Of a stretch of DNA of 52,027 bases, positions 49,212-52,027 are shown piece by piece (position 1 is the first letter of the stretch; each line of letters starts with the position of its first letter). Both the position numbers and the translations under genes were made by a program. The notes under the pieces were generated by a model that saw only the letters and a list, made by a program, of their open reading frames with translations, had not been told where the DNA came from and searched no databases. The stretch covers positions 62,001 to 114,027 of the forward strand of contig JABANN010000034.1 in the NCBI GenBank assembly GCA_013115125.1, in the 5' to 3' direction. The DNA is from Perkinsus olseni. Its lineage: Eukaryota.

Positions 49212-51920
49212 TTAAATCAATCGGCGTTTCAGTCGCGGTGCTCTGGGGTTCCTCAGGAGATTTTCAGGCCGGGGGCATTGTATCCGAGAGGTTCCGTTCT
49301 GGTGGCCCAAGTTGAAGATGTCGTGCATATCGGCACCGGAACCGGCGTTACTGTTGAGACTGACCAGTTGGTTGAGGAGCTCAGACATGTCGTATTCATC
49401 CGCACCCCAATGTATCCACGGAGACCTGCACGAGCGATGAAGAAACACCATAACAAGCTGTTCTCACTTGCTGACGATGTACGGCAATAAGGCTTTCTGG
49501 AACCCTTCTCTGAACCTCGTCGTTAGATCATCCACATTAATCTGACAGGATAATAATAGCAAAGATTATCGTGCAGGATGGCTCAGTCTTACCGTAATGC
49601 CAAACACTAGTTGCTCGGAAATCTTGAGACTCTGGTCCAAAGTGACGTCCTTGATCGCTATGTTCCGTACGTATGGCCACTCCTCATTGCATGAAGCTGA
49701 TATTATCAGACTCCAACCAACCTGACAGAATGAATCGATGATAGCAAATCCACACGAGCCAGAGCTGCCAAGGATTCGTAACTACTGAATTTGAAGAACG
49801 TGAATGGGAGCGTTCACAAGAGAGAAGAGAAGTGCTGGTGCAGAACACGTGCACTGCGCGAAAACCGTCGATGAAAATTCCGCGCATGCAACGTAGGACT
49901 CGTAGAGAACTCCGCAGACATCAACACCAAGCAGAAAGCACTCTTGACCCCAGCGAGCGGCACCTGCTTCCAGGAGTAGACCTTGTCCCAAAGTGCCGAG
50001 CATATCGGTTTCTCTAACTTCGTCCCATTGTTGCCATCTGCTGTATCATTGGTACTTCGAAAGAGGTTGTCCGGCGTTATACACTGTCCGATGTAGAGGG
50101 ACATGCTCAGCTCGTCAAACGAGCCAGCGATCGACATCTCCAACTCGCTTTCGCCAGGAACTACTAGACTGAGTTCCTCCACACTAACACTTCGAAGACC
50201 AGACAGCCACCGTGCCAGAACTTCCATAACGGCCGCTGAAAAAGGACGTTAGTCTCCCTTCGTCCAAACAGTAGCTGAGCTACTTACATTTGTCGTGATA
50301 GAGTGGGCCAACGTCTCTGCAGATGTCTGCTTGCGGGAGCTCTCCTGGGCACTGCCCCACCATATTTGGGAGGAAGTCCCGAAGGCCACTAGTAACCAGC
50401 GGAGCGTTCTCTTTCAGAGTCTCGTTCACACCCGCTAGGTCCAGGCTGGCGTTGCCCGAGTTCACCCACCAGATGACAAAAAAGACGATCCACCCAATCG
50501 CCTTCAGCACGAAGAACGGCAGCCCCAGCTTCTGTACGATTCGTACCAGCCCTCGACAGCAGCTGCCGAGACGACGCGACTTGGCAATCGTCACTGTGCT
50601 CGCTACCGAGTCCACTCGAGACCGGAGTCGCTCTTCTGAGAAGGAGCTGCTCGAGTGGTCCCTCCTATGCTTGATGATGACGCCAGACACCACACTAGCT
50701 CCCTCGCAGATGTCCTCGTCTATTTCGGCCATCTTGAGGAGGTCGTGCTGCGCTGTTCTGAGCATCGGTGGAAGGTCGTGCTTGGCTAACTCGAAGCCAC
50801 TCATAGCCGCCATAAGGACACAGTAGAACCCCCAAGGAGCAACGGCTCGAAGGAGGCTGAATGCGTTGAAGACAAACAAGGTTATGAACAGGGCGAGGGC
50901 GAATACATCGAGCTGTGACCATTCCCACATCCACTGAGCCAACTGCCCGCTCACTCGGCCGACCTGCTTAGGCAGGCACCCAGCCTTGAGCACTGCAACG
51001 GTCGTAATGTGGCACATTGGCAAGCAGACGACGAAGAGCACTAGCAGCACCGTGGGGAGGAGATGGCCAGAATCCATCATACTGCGGCTCATGTCATGCA
51101 GTGATAGAGAGTTCTCCGCCACGACGATTTTCTGCCGGAACAAAAATCTCACCGAGAGGATCGGCCAGCCGAGGGCCCAGACGAAGCCGACCACGAACAT
51201 TGATACCGTCATGTAGAGAAGGACTAAGTCTATCGTCGTGACTACCACTTCTGGGTCCTCCAGGTCCCGCCTCGGTCCTACAGGATTGGGCGGTGCGAAG
51301 ACGCTGTCACTACTGCTGTCCAGGAGCTGCGTGGCGGCTATACTCGCCATACAGTAGAGCGTGAAGTAGTAGAAGCCGCTACGGTAGTGGGCCTCAATGA
51401 CGTTGTGATTGAGGAAGGCCATAGTGAGCACCCCAACAAAGACATCGACCATCTGGTACTTGCTCACTTGCCGTAGCACTCGTCGTAGATCCAAGTACTG
51501 ATGCTTTCGGATATGCACCAAGTGCCCTCGAGTTTCCGAGTACAACAGTACCAACAACTTCACAGCTGGCGTCACAAACGAGAAGAAAATAATAAGTCCA
51601 GCAGGCACCCAGTATCCAGCATCAAACAGATCGTGAACAGAATCGAGAGTGCTCCGCACGAAGCTGGTCTCGGCGAGCGGCGACCTCGGACTCGCGGAGG
51701 TGGGCGCCTCCGCCCCTTCCGTCGCAGGAGGGTCGAGGATGTTGGAGTTGATCGGTATGATGGCTCCGTTGCCGCTAGACGAGAAGCTGTGCTGCTGGCC
51801 GCGAATCTCCACTATTGGCAGCATCAGGCCCGGGATGAGGGCCGAGTACGCGAGAAGGAAGAGGGCTAGGGCGAGGGTTCGCCGGAGGGAGTAGACGCGG
51901 CTGCCGATGGTCAAACCCAT
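49212..51920 (-). CDS. Eukaryotic paraquat-inducible protein A (PqiA/LetA-like) membrane protein: two PqiA domains plus C-terminal soluble domain
   Basis: Domain 1: RSTLDSVHDLFDAGYWVPAGLIIFFSFVTPAVKL, VSKYQMVDVFV, SGFYYFTLYC. Domain 2: LLPTVLLVLFVVCLP, WEWSQLDVFALAL, PWGFYC. After a further TM, exons MEVLARWLSGLRSVSVEEL...IAGSFDELSMSL and INVDDLTTRFREG... Confidence 0.82.
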
Positions 51921-51952
51921 AACGCTGAACAGGCAAGTCCAACAACAGGGCC

Positions 51953-51954
<2 letters not shown>

Positions 51955-52017
<63 letters not shown>

Positions 52018-52027
52018 CGGGGGGGGG
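51955..52027. other. Terminal poly-G run, probably a sequencing or assembly artefact
   Basis: About 72 G with one C, running off the window end just upstream of the PqiA-like ATG. Confidence 0.7.

Noticed and set aside
51955-52027. Poly-G as a G-quadruplex regulatory element
   Set aside because: A near-pure homopolymer at the sequence end is typical of two-colour sequencing or contig-end artefacts.

Overview
Eukaryotic, gene-dense nuclear DNA with many short GT-AG introns (mostly about 45-100 nt) and very short intergenic spacers. Gene content and intron style suggest a Perkinsus-like alveolate; this is an inference, not verified. Left to right: an intronless secreted LpqC/PHB-depolymerase-type esterase; a relic-rich region (Tc1/mariner-type MITE, diverged dispersed repeat, dead copy of cathepsin exon 1); a two-domain cathepsin X/Z whose first domain has lost the catalytic Asn and oxyanion Gln; a 620-bp Mutator-like MITE with a perfect 9-bp TSD; a minus-strand run of SDR, mitochondrial MDH, VPS33 and a Prp40-like FF protein; an intronless class I aldolase; a Pumilio/PUF gene; a coiled-coil hypothetical; two tandem paralogous polytopic membrane proteins whose first helix matches the Orai (CRAC) pore helix register, with Glu in one and Lys in the other at the filter-equivalent site; a second 266-bp MITE with a 10-bp TSD; three tandem paralogs of an unrecognised secreted family; a Cys-rich EF-hand GPI-anchored surface protein; a helical hypothetical; a eukaryotic double-PqiA membrane protein; and a terminal poly-G run that is probably an artefact. 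Spliced CDS coordinates are outer bounds from manual exon stitching, and no database search was run.
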